Shown here: positions 9,234 through 18,204 of the stretch, one piece after another
How the letters are laid out: every line of letters starts with the position of its first letter
Position numbering within the stretch: the stretch's first letter is position 1
From: Aeropyrum pernix K1
GTDB lineage: Archaea; Thermoproteota; Thermoprotei_A; Sulfolobales; Acidilobaceae
Length of the DNA stretch: 32,000 nt
Assembly (NCBI RefSeq): GCF_000011125.1
Contig: NC_000854.2
Span: forward strand, 1,290,001-1,322,000
Direction: 5' to 3'
The notes under the pieces: generated by a model
Databases searched by the model: none
Seen by the model: the letters and a program-made list of their open reading frames with translations, nothing else
What the model was told of the DNA's origin: nothing
Program-made: the position numbers and the translations under genes

Positions 9234-10217
9234 GTGTCCTTGGCAGCGTCCCTGGAAAAAGCTGGCCTCGGCATCTCGGTCAGGCTACTCGAGTATACTG
9301 GTGATGGAGAGCGTATTGTCGCTGTTGCTAGTAAGGTAAGCCTCTCCCGCAGCCCGGCGGAGAGGCTGCTGGCCATAGGGGAAGATGAAGTTGAGACTTG
9401 GATACTCGAGACGTTTAGAAGGCAGCATTTCAGCCCCTGGGAGCACAGCGTCTACACATTCATGGTTGAGGGTCTCTCGAGGGTGGCTAGCCACCAGCTA
9501 GTTAGACATAGGGTTGCTAGCTACACACAACTAAGCCATAGGTATAGCGAGGGCTACCTCAGGGAGGCCGCCCTCAAGGCCTGCGAATCCATCGGCCTAG
9601 ACTGTCCATCGAAACCGGCTGAGACGGAGGGCGGGCGGAAAGCCGCATACAGGCTGTACTCTCAGGCTCTGGAGAGAGCTGCTCGAGATTTCGGGGCTAG
9701 CGAGAGGTTTGCTATAGCGGCGAAGGCCTTCGTAATACCGCCTACCATTCTGGCGAGGGGTGATGGCGGTGATGGTGTCGTGGAGGCGTATCTACGGTCT
9801 GCAGCGATATACTATAGCCTACTCTCCCGGGGGGCTAGGCGTGAGGATGCGCGGTATATCCTGCCCGATGCGCTGAGAACCAGAATCGTTGTTACTATGA
9901 ATGCACGGGAGCTTATACAGGTCTTCTTCCCCCTGAGGATGTGCACTAGAGCCCAGTGGGAGATACGCCACATAGCCTGGCTGCTATGGCGAGAGCTATC
10001 CAGGGTTCATCCAAGGCTGTTCAGGTGGGCCGGGCCCAGCTGTGTGTTAAGGGAGAACACCCTTAGGACGACGCCCGCCAGCTTATACAGCTACCTGGAG
10101 GGCGTAGAGCGGTTTACACAGCCCCGCTGCCCTGAGCTTGTTGAGAACAAGGCTATACCGGGATGCCTCAGGCAGGCGGCATCGGTGGCGCCCCCCGGAG
10201 ACGGGGAGTACGAATAA
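9234..10217 (+). CDS. thyX: Flavin-dependent thymidylate synthase ThyX
   Basis: ThyX motif RHRVASYTQLSHRYSEG and GLSRVASHQLVRHR. Confidence 0.93.
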   Translation: MSLAASLEKAGLGISVRLLEYTGDGERIVAVASKVSLSRSPAERLLAIGEDEVETWILETFRRQHFSPWEHSVYTFMVEGLSRVASHQLVRHRVASYTQLSHRYSEGYLREAALKACESIGLDCPSKPAETEGGRKAAYRLYSQALERAARDFGASERFAIAAKAFVIPPTILARGDGGDGVVEAYLRSAAIYYSLLSRGARREDARYILPDALRTRIVVTMNARELIQVFFPLRMCTRAQWEIRHIAWLLWRELSRVHPRLFRWAGPSCVLRENTLRTTPASLYSYLEGVERFTQPRCPELVENKAIPGCLRQAASVAPPGDGEYE

Positions 10218-10388
10218 CTGGGCATCGGGAAAGGGAGCCAGGAGTCTGGAGGGCTGGATGGCCGGACCCCAGAGCTCCACTCTAAACAGACCGCCGAGGC
10301 ACTCGACAGCCAGCCGGCTGTGCGGGGCAGAAACACTAAGCTGTAACTTTCTGTATCGGACTGTATCTTTCTATACCGCGTAGAGCTA

Positions 10389-10419
10389 TTAGATAGGCTG
10401 ATGTTGAATGCCTATCTAA
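10389..10419. repeat. Perfect 10-bp inverted repeat TTAGATAGGC-N11-GCCTATCTAA
   Basis: Arms 10389-10398 and 10410-10419, intergenic downstream of thyX. Confidence 0.85.
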
Positions 10420-10447
10420 GCCATATCTCTTCGTTATGTAGCTCATA

Positions 10448-10462
10448 TTGGGGAATCCCCAA
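10448..10462. promoter_or_regulatory. Palindrome TTGGGG-AAT-CCCCAA upstream of TATA-like elements (possible operator)
   Basis: Perfect 6-bp arms; cttataagg (about 10469-10477) and tttataaat (about 10484-10492) follow directly. Confidence 0.5.
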
Positions 10463-10499
10463 TAAAACTTATAAGGCTTGAAGTTTATAAATCTAACCC

Positions 10500-10600
10500 G
10501 GTGACCCCGGGGTTCCCGAGGGAAGCCCCCCAGGGGCTTCCGTAGGCGGCCCCGGGGAGACCGTGATGAACCCAGCCGTGCCCGACACAACCTGCTATAA
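10500..10600 (+). ncRNA. Candidate structured non-coding RNA (unassigned class; boundaries approximate)
   Basis: Nested pairing: outer CCCCGGGG...CCCCGGGG enclosing perfect 9-bp hairpin GGAAGCCCC-CCA-GGGGCTTCC, flanked by GGT/ACC; TATA-like box upstream on the same strand; no plausible CDS. Confidence 0.35.
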
Positions 10601-10660
10601 TTTGTTACATGAAGGCACGGTTTGGGTGAACGGCGTTCAGCAGCGGCTACAGTATACCTC

Positions 10661-11839
10661 TCAACCTCTTGCCTCCATATAGTGGCCATACACCTTTAGT
10701 ATCTGGGGCACCACTTTTCTCCAGTCGTAGCGCTCTAGGACGATTTTCCTAGCCTCCTCGCTCATCCTCTTTCTAAGCCCGCTGTCCTGGAGTAGTGTTA
10801 TGAGGGCTTTCGCCAGCTCCTTCGATGAGCCTGGCTTGACTAGTAGCCCGGTCTTGCCGTGCTTGACCACATCTTTAAGGCCTCCCTGCCTGGAGGCTAC
10901 CACCGGGGTCCCGGAGGAGAGGGATTCTAGTGCCACTATGCCGAAGCTCTCGTTTACAATGCTAGGTACTGCAGTTACCCAGGCTGACGAGTAGAGGCTC
11001 GGCTTCTCCGACTCCGGCACAACACCCAGCATCTTAACGTTGTTTTCCAGGCCGTAGCGTGCTATCAATAGTTTTATTATGGGCTCGAACTCCCCCTTAC
11101 CGCCTATGTAGAGCTTGGCGTCTCTAATCTCGTCTACGACGTGCCTGAAGGCCCTCACTAGAACGTGCGCCCCCTTCCTCCAGACAAGCCTGCCGAGGAA
11201 TAGCACCAGGGGGTAGTCTGCCTTAGGCGTCGAAGGCTTAAACCTTTCAACGTCGACACCGTTAGGTATTATATAGCGGTCCACGCTATCTCCGACTATA
11301 CCCTCCACCATCTTGTCTGCCGCGGTGCTAACACTTATCACAGCCTGCGCATTAGGCAGGAGGTATCTAGTGGGCAATACTATAGAGGCTATCCTCCAAA
11401 GTGCGACCTTATCGTAAGCTAGGAATATGGAGTGGTTCGTGGCTATCCTGGGCAGGCCTAGATCCCGGGCCGCCTTGAGGGCTAGAAGGCTTGTTAGAGT
11501 GTAGATGTGGTGTGAATGGACCACATCGGGCTTCAGCGATTCGATCTCCCTCCTCAGGTCGGAAGGATCGGGTGGGACGAAGATTATCTCCAGGGGGAAG
11601 AGAGGCTTAACTATGTAGTGGCCCTCGGCTTCCAGATCCTTTACATCACCCTTTCCCAGCGCTCTGGACACTATGACAACATCATAGCCGAAATCCTGGA
11701 GAAGACGTGTTAAGTCTCTAACGTGCGACTGCACCCCTCCCACAGAGCTGGGGTGGAAGTCCATAACCATGACTATCCTGGACCCCCTGGGGGGAGGATC
11801 GCTGTCCAGGTCTTCCACCCTTCTGAGGCCGCCCAACAT
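10661..11839 (-). CDS. GT4-family glycosyltransferase
   Basis: Rossmann-like N-terminus GGVQSHVRDLTRLLQDFGYDVVIVS, IIPNGVDVERF, LFLGRLVWRKGAHVLVRAF, NESFGIVALESLSSGTPVVASRQGGLKDVV, TGLLVKPG. Confidence 0.92.
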   Translation of the reverse strand: MLGGLRRVEDLDSDPPPRGSRIVMVMDFHPSSVGGVQSHVRDLTRLLQDFGYDVVIVSRALGKGDVKDLEAEGHYIVKPLFPLEIIFVPPDPSDLRREIESLKPDVVHSHHIYTLTSLLALKAARDLGLPRIATNHSIFLAYDKVALWRIASIVLPTRYLLPNAQAVISVSTAADKMVEGIVGDSVDRYIIPNGVDVERFKPSTPKADYPLVLFLGRLVWRKGAHVLVRAFRHVVDEIRDAKLYIGGKGEFEPIIKLLIARYGLENNVKMLGVVPESEKPSLYSSAWVTAVPSIVNESFGIVALESLSSGTPVVASRQGGLKDVVKHGKTGLLVKPGSSKELAKALITLLQDSGLRKRMSEEARKIVLERYDWRKVVPQILKVYGHYMEARG

Positions 11840-11946
11840 TATCCACCGTTCGACTGGGGCTTCAAGTCTAGGCCGTGGACTACCGGCTGCCCGGGGGTAA
11901 TCTTTATATTGTCAAGAGGTATTATCAAAACCCCTTAGAAGACTAT

Positions 11947-12906
11947 ATGGGGTGTTTACGTGCTTTGGCCTGCTCTAGAGCCAGGGCTAGGGCCTATTCT
12001 TCCGCGGCTAACCTAGGCCCCGGCTTCGATGCTCTAGCCGTCGCCCTGGACGCTTACTACGATGAGGTGGAGGTGAGGGTCTGCAGCGGAGGCAACAGTG
12101 TTTATGTGGATGAGGTGGAGGGCAAGTTCTCGTCGGGCGTTCTTCAAGGGCCCAACACCGCCGCAGAGGCGGTGCGAGGGCTTCTTAACATGGAGGGGGT
12201 GGAAGCTGAAGTCGGGATTAGGGTTTACAAGGGGGTCCCCCCAGGGAGGGGTTTGGGTAGCAGTGGCGCTTCGGCGGCTGCTGCAGTAGCAGCAGTATCA
12301 CATGCTCTAGCCCTGGAGGTGCCTGTGGATAGGCTGGTGTTCTATGCAGGCCTGGGCGAGAGGGCCGCGGCTGGGCAGCCCCACTTCGACAATGCCGCGG
12401 CAAGTATACTCGGTGGCCTGGCTGTAGTCGCCAGCGACGCCGCGGGCAAGCTGCGGGTGTTCAGGGTGCCTTTCAAGGCTTGGTTCGCCGTTGTGACGCC
12501 CATGAATCCGGTGCCCCAGGGCAAGACTGGCGTTATGCGTAAAGTACTCCCGGAGAACGTTAGCTTCAGAGACGCTGTGAGAAACTTCTCCAGAGCCGCT
12601 GGTATCGTAGCGGCAGCTGTCAACGGCGACCTCAAGTCCATGGGGGCTCTTATGATGTCCGACGAGATAGTCGAGCCTCGCAGGAGGAGTTACGTACCGT
12701 GCTATACCCAGGTGAGGAAAGCAGCCCTGCAAGCAGGGGCTCTAGGGTTCTCCCTCAGCGGTGCAGGACCTTCCATGATAGCCCTTGCTCCTAGCAGCGA
12801 GGCTGCCAGGGAGATAGCAGCTGCTATGGAGGAGTCATGCATATGCTGCGACAATCCGATGACCGTTGCGGCTGAGCCTGCTCCGGGAGCCTCGGTAGTG
12901 GGGTGA
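11947..12906 (+). CDS. thrB: Homoserine kinase (GHMP kinase family)
   Basis: YSSAANLGPGFDALAVALDAYYDEVEV and GVPPGRGLGSSGASAAAAVAAV, FSLSGAGPSMIAL. Start taken as internal ATG at 11947; the ORF track starts at 11875. Confidence 0.88.
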   Translation: MGCLRALACSRARARAYSSAANLGPGFDALAVALDAYYDEVEVRVCSGGNSVYVDEVEGKFSSGVLQGPNTAAEAVRGLLNMEGVEAEVGIRVYKGVPPGRGLGSSGASAAAAVAAVSHALALEVPVDRLVFYAGLGERAAAGQPHFDNAAASILGGLAVVASDAAGKLRVFRVPFKAWFAVVTPMNPVPQGKTGVMRKVLPENVSFRDAVRNFSRAAGIVAAAVNGDLKSMGALMMSDEIVEPRRRSYVPCYTQVRKAALQAGALGFSLSGAGPSMIALAPSSEAAREIAAAMEESCICCDNPMTVAAEPAPGASVVG

Positions 12907-12912
12907 CCAGCC

Positions 12913-14082
12913 GTGGGCTGGGTTACGAGATGGGTTAGAGGGGGCTGGAGACCCTCCAAGGACCCGGTTAGAGAGCCAGTGGTGCCCCCCGTAAACGTGT
13001 CGGCAATCTATGTACACCCCCCGGGCAGCTTCGAGCGTGAGTACCCTAGGGTAGGCGACCTAAAGTACGGGCGGGAGAACAATCCCACTGTTCTGGGGTT
13101 AGAGGAGGCGCTGACAAGCCTGGAGGAGGCTAGGTGGACACTCGCTTTCAACAGCGGAATGGCGGCGCTCTCGACGCTAGTGCTCCACGAGGTGTCACGG
13201 GGGGCTAAAAAGGTTCTTCTTGAAAGGCTTACATACGGGTCTACAAGGAGTCTTCTCGAAATGCTGTCATCAATAACCGGGATTGAAGTTAGGCTTGCAG
13301 GACCTCCCTGGGAGGATCTCCTCGATCTTGTCTGCTGGGCTGATCTAATAATAGTTGAGTCGATGGCCAACCCGACGCTGAGGGTACCGCCGCTTAGCGG
13401 TATCTACAGGGAGGCTGGGAGTTGTGGTGTCAGGGTTGTGGTCGACAACACCTTTGCAACGCCTATTGCATACAGACCGCTGGAGAGGGGTGCACATTAT
13501 TCCCTGGAAAGTCTAACCAAATACATAGCCGGGCATAACGACGTCGTCGGCGGCTCCCTCTCAGGCCGTGTAGAGGAAGATCTAGAGCCTCTGTGGAACA
13601 TGAGGAAGATCCTGGGAACTATAATGCAGCCCATAGACGCCTATCTAGCATGGCGCGGTATGAAGACGCTCAAGGCTAGATTCGAAGCCCAGTCTAGAGC
13701 AGCGGTAGAAGTGGCGGAATGGCTGGAGAGCCATAGAAAGGTTAAGAAGGTCTATTATCCGGGACTCTCCAGCCATCCAGACCACGAGCTAGCGAGGAGG
13801 GAGCTGAACGGTCTCTACGGAGCCGTCGTAAGCTTCGAGATAGAAGGCGGCAGGGAGGAGGTGTTTAAACTGCTTTCTAGGCTGAAGCTGGTAACGCCGA
13901 GCCCCAGCTTCGGAGGAGTGGAGACGATAATATCCTACCCAGCCATATCCAGCCACAGCAACCTAGACCCTCTGGAGAGGAGTGAGCTAGGCGTAACTGA
14001 CGGTCTCCTGAGGCTAAGCGTCGGCCTTGAAGATGTGTCTGACATTATTGACGATCTATCGCAAGCTCTCTCGGCAATATAG
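12913..14082 (+). CDS. PLP-dependent cystathionine gamma-synthase/gamma-lyase family enzyme
   Basis: YGRENNPTVLGLEEALTSLEEA, VVVDNTFATPIAYRPLERGAHYSLESLTKYIAGHNDVVGG (PLP Lys), TPSPSFGGVETIISYPA. Confidence 0.9.
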   Translation: MGWVTRWVRGGWRPSKDPVREPVVPPVNVSAIYVHPPGSFEREYPRVGDLKYGRENNPTVLGLEEALTSLEEARWTLAFNSGMAALSTLVLHEVSRGAKKVLLERLTYGSTRSLLEMLSSITGIEVRLAGPPWEDLLDLVCWADLIIVESMANPTLRVPPLSGIYREAGSCGVRVVVDNTFATPIAYRPLERGAHYSLESLTKYIAGHNDVVGGSLSGRVEEDLEPLWNMRKILGTIMQPIDAYLAWRGMKTLKARFEAQSRAAVEVAEWLESHRKVKKVYYPGLSSHPDHELARRELNGLYGAVVSFEIEGGREEVFKLLSRLKLVTPSPSFGGVETIISYPAISSHSNLDPLERSELGVTDGLLRLSVGLEDVSDIIDDLSQALSAI

Positions 14083-14197
14083 GCTGAGTAGACGGCTAGT
14101 GGAGTCTCAGTATCACTGTGTGAATACACCCGTATCATTTACGCTGAACCCCCTACCCAATAGACGCCTCATAAAAACAAGCGGGTGTAAACAGGGA

Positions 14198-14530
14198 ATG
14201 GCCGTTCCCATCCTCTGGAAACAGGCAGTCAGTCTCTCAGAGTTTTACAGGGAGATGGCTAAGGGCCAGAGGGATCCGTTTAAGAAGAGCATTCTAAACC
14301 TGGCCTCCATAACGCTCGAAGAACTCTCGGACGAGTTGGCTTCAGGTGCTGTGAGAGAGTCTACTAGGAAGAAGCTCATGTTTATAAGGGACATGATGAG
14401 GCACAATAACATGCCGCATTACAGTCTAGATAGGATTGTGGAAAGGCTGTCGAAGGCCGTTTGGAACGGCATCCCAGTGGGGAGCCCCAGTGGTCATGGG
14501 GGATATGAATATCTGCTGGGCCTCACGTGA
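14198..14530 (+). CDS. Hypothetical protein, about 110 aa
   Basis: The 14027-14530 ORF overlaps the preceding gene; the protein-like region starts MAVPILWKQAVSLSEFYREM at ATG 14198 with an upstream purine-rich 'aggga'. Confidence 0.55.
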   Translation: MAVPILWKQAVSLSEFYREMAKGQRDPFKKSILNLASITLEELSDELASGAVRESTRKKLMFIRDMMRHNNMPHYSLDRIVERLSKAVWNGIPVGSPSGHGGYEYLLGLT

Positions 14531-14585
14531 GTTTGAGGCTCGGACCGCTGTACACTGTTTCCATAATAATTATCCGTTGAAGTCC

Positions 14586-15008
14586 TCATAGCCTGAGCCT
14601 CATGGCTCTCACTGACGTAACATATTCCAGGTCCTGCTTATTACAAGCTATCTTCTCCACGTCCGAAGCCTCTACGCCCAGGAGTTTGAGAAGATTCACA
14701 ACGTTATCCCTTGATAGGCTTATAATGTATGCTACGTCGAACCTGTCCACCCGCCTCAGCTCTGAGAGTTGTCTAAGGCCTAGGGATATTATCTTTACAT
14801 GTAGGGCTGGGTTGCGGATTCTAGGCGTTCCCGCTCTTCGGTCCTCTAGCATGTAGAGGTATGCTAGGGCTACTCGGCACGGGCCCGGATCCTCCTCTCC
14901 CGCATAGTACACCATCACAGGGTCCTCGCTGTCCGGCAGCGTGTCATCGGGCTGTGTGGGCGGCCGCTCCACCCTTGCTATATGGATGGGTGTGAGGGGG
15001 GTGTACAT
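14586..15008 (-). CDS. Hypothetical protein, about 140 aa, coupled downstream of the MoaD-PRTase fusion gene
   Basis: ORF with internal ATG at 15008 placed right at the end of the upstream gene. Confidence 0.55.
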   Translation of the reverse strand: MYTPLTPIHIARVERPPTQPDDTLPDSEDPVMVYYAGEEDPGPCRVALAYLYMLEDRRAGTPRIRNPALHVKIISLGLRQLSELRRVDRFDVAYIISLSRDNVVNLLKLLGVEASDVEKIACNKQDLEYVTSVRAMRLRL

Positions 15009-15009
15009 C

Positions 15010-15828
15010 TCATATATTGTAGCCCGAGGCCTTGAGCTCCTCCTCAACCTCCCTCCTCTCCCAAGGGAACACGATCCACTTATCCAGGCTCTTGGAATAG
15101 TAGTCCGGGACTAGGTTTGTCCAGGGCTTTATATATAGTGTTGCAGTCTTTACCTGAGCTGGTAGGTAGAGGTCCACAGCCTCTATGGCATGCTGCAAAG
15201 TCAGCCCTGAGTCGCTTACATCATCCACTACCAAGACATTCCTGTCTTTAACCTCTATCACTAGAGGCTGTCTCAGGAAGGGTCTCGGCTTCCTAACGCC
15301 GACGGAGGTGTAGAGTTTAATCTCCATCACTCCTATATTCTTGACGCCTAGGGCATCGGCTAGGAGTAGTGCGGGGACGATACCGCCCCTTAGTATACCC
15401 ACAATGACGTCCGGTTCAAAACCGCTCCCAACGATCTTGTCTGCAACATCTCTCACGGCATCCTCTATATCCCTCCAGCTGAGGTGGATAAGCTCGACCC
15501 TCCTACCGCTAACCTCCTTAGAGCCCCCGTGGGTAACAGGCAGCACAACAACCTCTTCCACAACCTCGTGATCCTCGGGCAGGAGGCGGTAGTCTACACC
15601 GTCGACGAAAACTAGATAGCCCGGCTTTGGGCTTCCGTCGTTCTCAATAGCCTCCTTAAGCGCTTCAACGTGTTCAACAGCTTTTTTCAACACCTCCTTC
15701 CAGCTAAGCTCCCTACCCTCAATCTCGATAGAGTCTCTCCCCGCCCTCTCTCTAAGACCTCCGAGCAGCCTGACCCTAACCTTCCTAGTAGAGCCTGAAC
15801 CCCCGTTAGTCGAATAGCTGCTTTTCAT
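15010..15828 (-). CDS. Phosphoribosyltransferase with N-terminal MoaD/ThiS-like beta-grasp domain
   Basis: N-term KVRVRLLGGLRERAGRDSIEI...GYLVFVDGVDYRLLPEDHEVVEEVVVLPVTHGG (MoaD-like); C-term DVIVGILRGGIVPALLLADALG and NVLVVDDVSDSGLTL (PRTase, PRPP-binding loop). Confidence 0.85.
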   Translation of the reverse strand: MKSSYSTNGGSGSTRKVRVRLLGGLRERAGRDSIEIEGRELSWKEVLKKAVEHVEALKEAIENDGSPKPGYLVFVDGVDYRLLPEDHEVVEEVVVLPVTHGGSKEVSGRRVELIHLSWRDIEDAVRDVADKIVGSGFEPDVIVGILRGGIVPALLLADALGVKNIGVMEIKLYTSVGVRKPRPFLRQPLVIEVKDRNVLVVDDVSDSGLTLQHAIEAVDLYLPAQVKTATLYIKPWTNLVPDYYSKSLDKWIVFPWERREVEEELKASGYNI

Positions 15829-15985
15829 ATCCTTATCCCCGCTAAGCCCGACAACTAGGTCTTATTATTATCCTATGGTTATGCCAGGCTTAATCAAGGT
15901 TGAATCCGGAACCTGTGGATGTTTGGGGTGTGGAGTGGAGGAGCCCTGGGTACCAGGGTTGTTGAACTCTGGATATTTAGAATGA

Positions 15986-16210
15986 TTATATCCTAGCCGA
16001 CGCCTCCTCGGCCTTCTTCCTCTTAGAAGCCATGTTGACGAGGTGTGTTATATAGCCTGCTATTTGGTTTCTAAGCTTCTTACTTCTATACTCTATGAGC
16101 TGTGACACGACTCTTTTATTATGCTCAAAGTCGCCTGTGAACAAGTCTGGATATTTCTCGAGAAGCTTTCTCGCCGTTCTCTTAACGAGCCTTATCCTGA
16201 CTTTACCCAT
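15986..16210 (-). CDS. rps17e: 30S ribosomal protein S17e
   Basis: [57 protein letters not shown] matches S17e. Confidence 0.92.
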   Translation of the reverse strand: MGKVRIRLVKRTARKLLEKYPDLFTGDFEHNKRVVSQLIEYRSKKLRNQIAGYITHLVNMASKRKKAEEASARI

Positions 16211-16310
16211 ACCGTGTTCCCCGGATCGTTTAGGGAGGGCTTTTGCAAGGCTTTATAGTGTTCGCTCTGCTACTATTTTTAAGGTTTTCTGTGTTTTGAA
16301 TTGGAGGAAA

Positions 16311-16321
16311 AACTTATATAG
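16311..16321 (+). promoter_or_regulatory. TATA/A-box for thermosome gene
   Basis: aacttatatag preceded by purine-rich BRE-like ggaggaaa, about 36 nt before ATG 16353. Confidence 0.6.
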
Positions 16322-16352
16322 AAGCGTAGTAACTTAGACTTTACCGGAACTT

Positions 16353-18020
16353 ATGGTTGACCGGGTGATAGAGATGGCGATCCAGCAGCAACCTATGACG
16401 GAGCCTGTAGGAATCCCAGTTATTATACTTAAGGAGGGCACCCAGAGGTCTTACGGCCGCGAGGCTCTGAGAGCAAACATAATGGCCGTCAGGGCTATAG
16501 CTCAGATCCTGAAAACAACCTATGGTCCAAAAGGCATGGATAAAATGCTGGTTGACAGTCTAGGAGACATTACCATAACCAACAACGGTGCCACCATACT
16601 GGACAAGATGGACGTGGCGCATCCCGCCGCAAAAATGCTGGTCCAGATAAGCAAGGGCCAGGAGGATGAGGCTGGCGACGGTACCAAGACGACTGTCATA
16701 TTCGCGGGCGAGCTCCTGAAAGAGGCTGAGAAGCTTCTTGACATAAACATCCACCCCACGATAATTGTTGAGGGCTACAAGGAGGCCCTCAGGAAGGCGA
16801 GCGAGGTTATAGAGTCCATAGCGGAGCCGGTCTCCTATGACGATGTAGAGAAGCTAAAGCTAATAGCCAAGACGAGCCTCAACAGCAAGGCTGTAGCCGA
16901 GGCTAGGGACTACTTCGCCGAGCTAGCTGTCGAGGCTGTAAGGACTGTTGCGGAGAGGAGAGGTGACAGGTGGTACGTTGACCTGAACAATATTCAGATA
17001 GTGAAGAAGCATGGCGGCAGCCTGAGGGACACCAGGCTGGTCAGGGGTATAGTTCTCGACAAGGAGGTAGTCCACCCCGACATGCCTAGAAGGGTTGAGA
17101 ACGCCAGGATAGCGCTGCTAGACACTCCGCTGGAGATAGAGAAGCCTGAGATAGACCTGGAGATAAGCATAACCAGCCCTGAGCAGATAAAGGCCCTCTA
17201 CGAGAAGCAGGAGAGGATACTCCAGGAGAAGATCGAGAAGATTGCAGCCACTGGCGCTAACGTGGTGATAACCCAGAAGGGTATCGACGATGTGGCACAG
17301 CACTTCCTGGCGAAGAAGGGTATACTGGCGGTGAGGAGGGTCAAGAGGAGCGACATAGAGAAGATAGCTAGGGCGACGGGCGCCAGGATAGTGACTGACA
17401 TAGAAGATCTCAGGCCCGAGGACCTAGGCTATGCTGAGCTGGTTGAGGAGAGGAAGGTTGGAGAGGATAAGATGGTGTTCATAGAGGGCGCCAAGAACCC
17501 GAAGAGCGTGACCATACTGCTCAGGGGCGGCTTCGAGAGGCTTGTTGACGAGGCCGAGAGATCCCTCCACGACGCGCTCAGCGTGGTGGCCGACGCCATA
17601 ATGGACGGCAAGATAGTCGCTGGCGGCGGCGCTGTCGAGGCCGAGGTTGCTAAGGTGCTATACGAGTACGCATCCAAGCTGCCAGGCAAGACCCAGCTAG
17701 CCGTAGAGGCGTTTGCTAGGGCTGTAGAGGCTCTCCCGCAGGCCCTCGCCCACAACGCTGGCCACGACCCGATAGAGGTCCTAGTAAAGCTGAGGAGCGC
17801 CCATGAGAAGCCTGAGAACAAGTGGTACGGAGTCGATCTGGACACTGGTGAGATAGTGGACATGTGGAGCAGGGGAGTCCTAGAGCCTATGAGGGTTAAG
17901 CTCAACGCGCTGAAGGCCGCCACAGAGGTTGCCTCCCTGATACTGAGGATCGACGACGTCATAGCTGCTAGGAAGGAGGAAGAGGAGAAGGAGGAGAAGA
18001 GGGGCGGAGAGGAGGAGTAA
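16353..18020 (+). CDS. thsA: Thermosome subunit (group II chaperonin)
   Basis: TTYGPKGMDKMLVDSLGDITITNNGATILDKMDVAHPAAKMLVQISKGQEDEAGDGTKTTVIFAGELL; acidic EEEKEEKRGGEEE tail. Subunit letter is from memory. Confidence 0.95.
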   Translation: MVDRVIEMAIQQQPMTEPVGIPVIILKEGTQRSYGREALRANIMAVRAIAQILKTTYGPKGMDKMLVDSLGDITITNNGATILDKMDVAHPAAKMLVQISKGQEDEAGDGTKTTVIFAGELLKEAEKLLDINIHPTIIVEGYKEALRKASEVIESIAEPVSYDDVEKLKLIAKTSLNSKAVAEARDYFAELAVEAVRTVAERRGDRWYVDLNNIQIVKKHGGSLRDTRLVRGIVLDKEVVHPDMPRRVENARIALLDTPLEIEKPEIDLEISITSPEQIKALYEKQERILQEKIEKIAATGANVVITQKGIDDVAQHFLAKKGILAVRRVKRSDIEKIARATGARIVTDIEDLRPEDLGYAELVEERKVGEDKMVFIEGAKNPKSVTILLRGGFERLVDEAERSLHDALSVVADAIMDGKIVAGGGAVEAEVAKVLYEYASKLPGKTQLAVEAFARAVEALPQALAHNAGHDPIEVLVKLRSAHEKPENKWYGVDLDTGEIVDMWSRGVLEPMRVKLNALKAATEVASLILRIDDVIAARKEEEEKEEKRGGEEE

Positions 18021-18204
18021 ACCGTTAAACATTAACGGGTTTTTAAACTATTAAGTACCTTTTCTACTTCTCCCTTCCCCTTAAACACATCCTTCCACCA
18101 CCCCCCATTATAGCAAGTCTCCTGCTTCCTCTCAACTCTCCTTATAACCGTGTCTAAGTCTAAATTAAATCCGAGTTTGGGAGTGTCCAGAGGAGGCAGG
18201 AGAG

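Noticed and set aside
10500-10600. Box C/D sRNA because of GTGATGA at 10563-10569
   Set aside because: No matching box D (CTGA) before 10620 and no C'/D' pair; the strong nested hairpins do not suit a C/D guide.
10336-10689. - strand 117-aa ORF across the thyX-glycosyltransferase intergenic region
   Set aside because: Sequence does not look protein-like and it spans the inverted repeats, TATA-like boxes and GC-rich hairpin; treated as non-coding.
12307-12732. - strand 141-aa ORF inside thrB
   Set aside because: Antisense shadow of a clear GHMP kinase; no motif.
17429-17962. - strand 177-aa Ser/Ala-rich ORF opposite the thermosome gene
   Set aside because: Long only because of high-GC codon bias on the sense strand.
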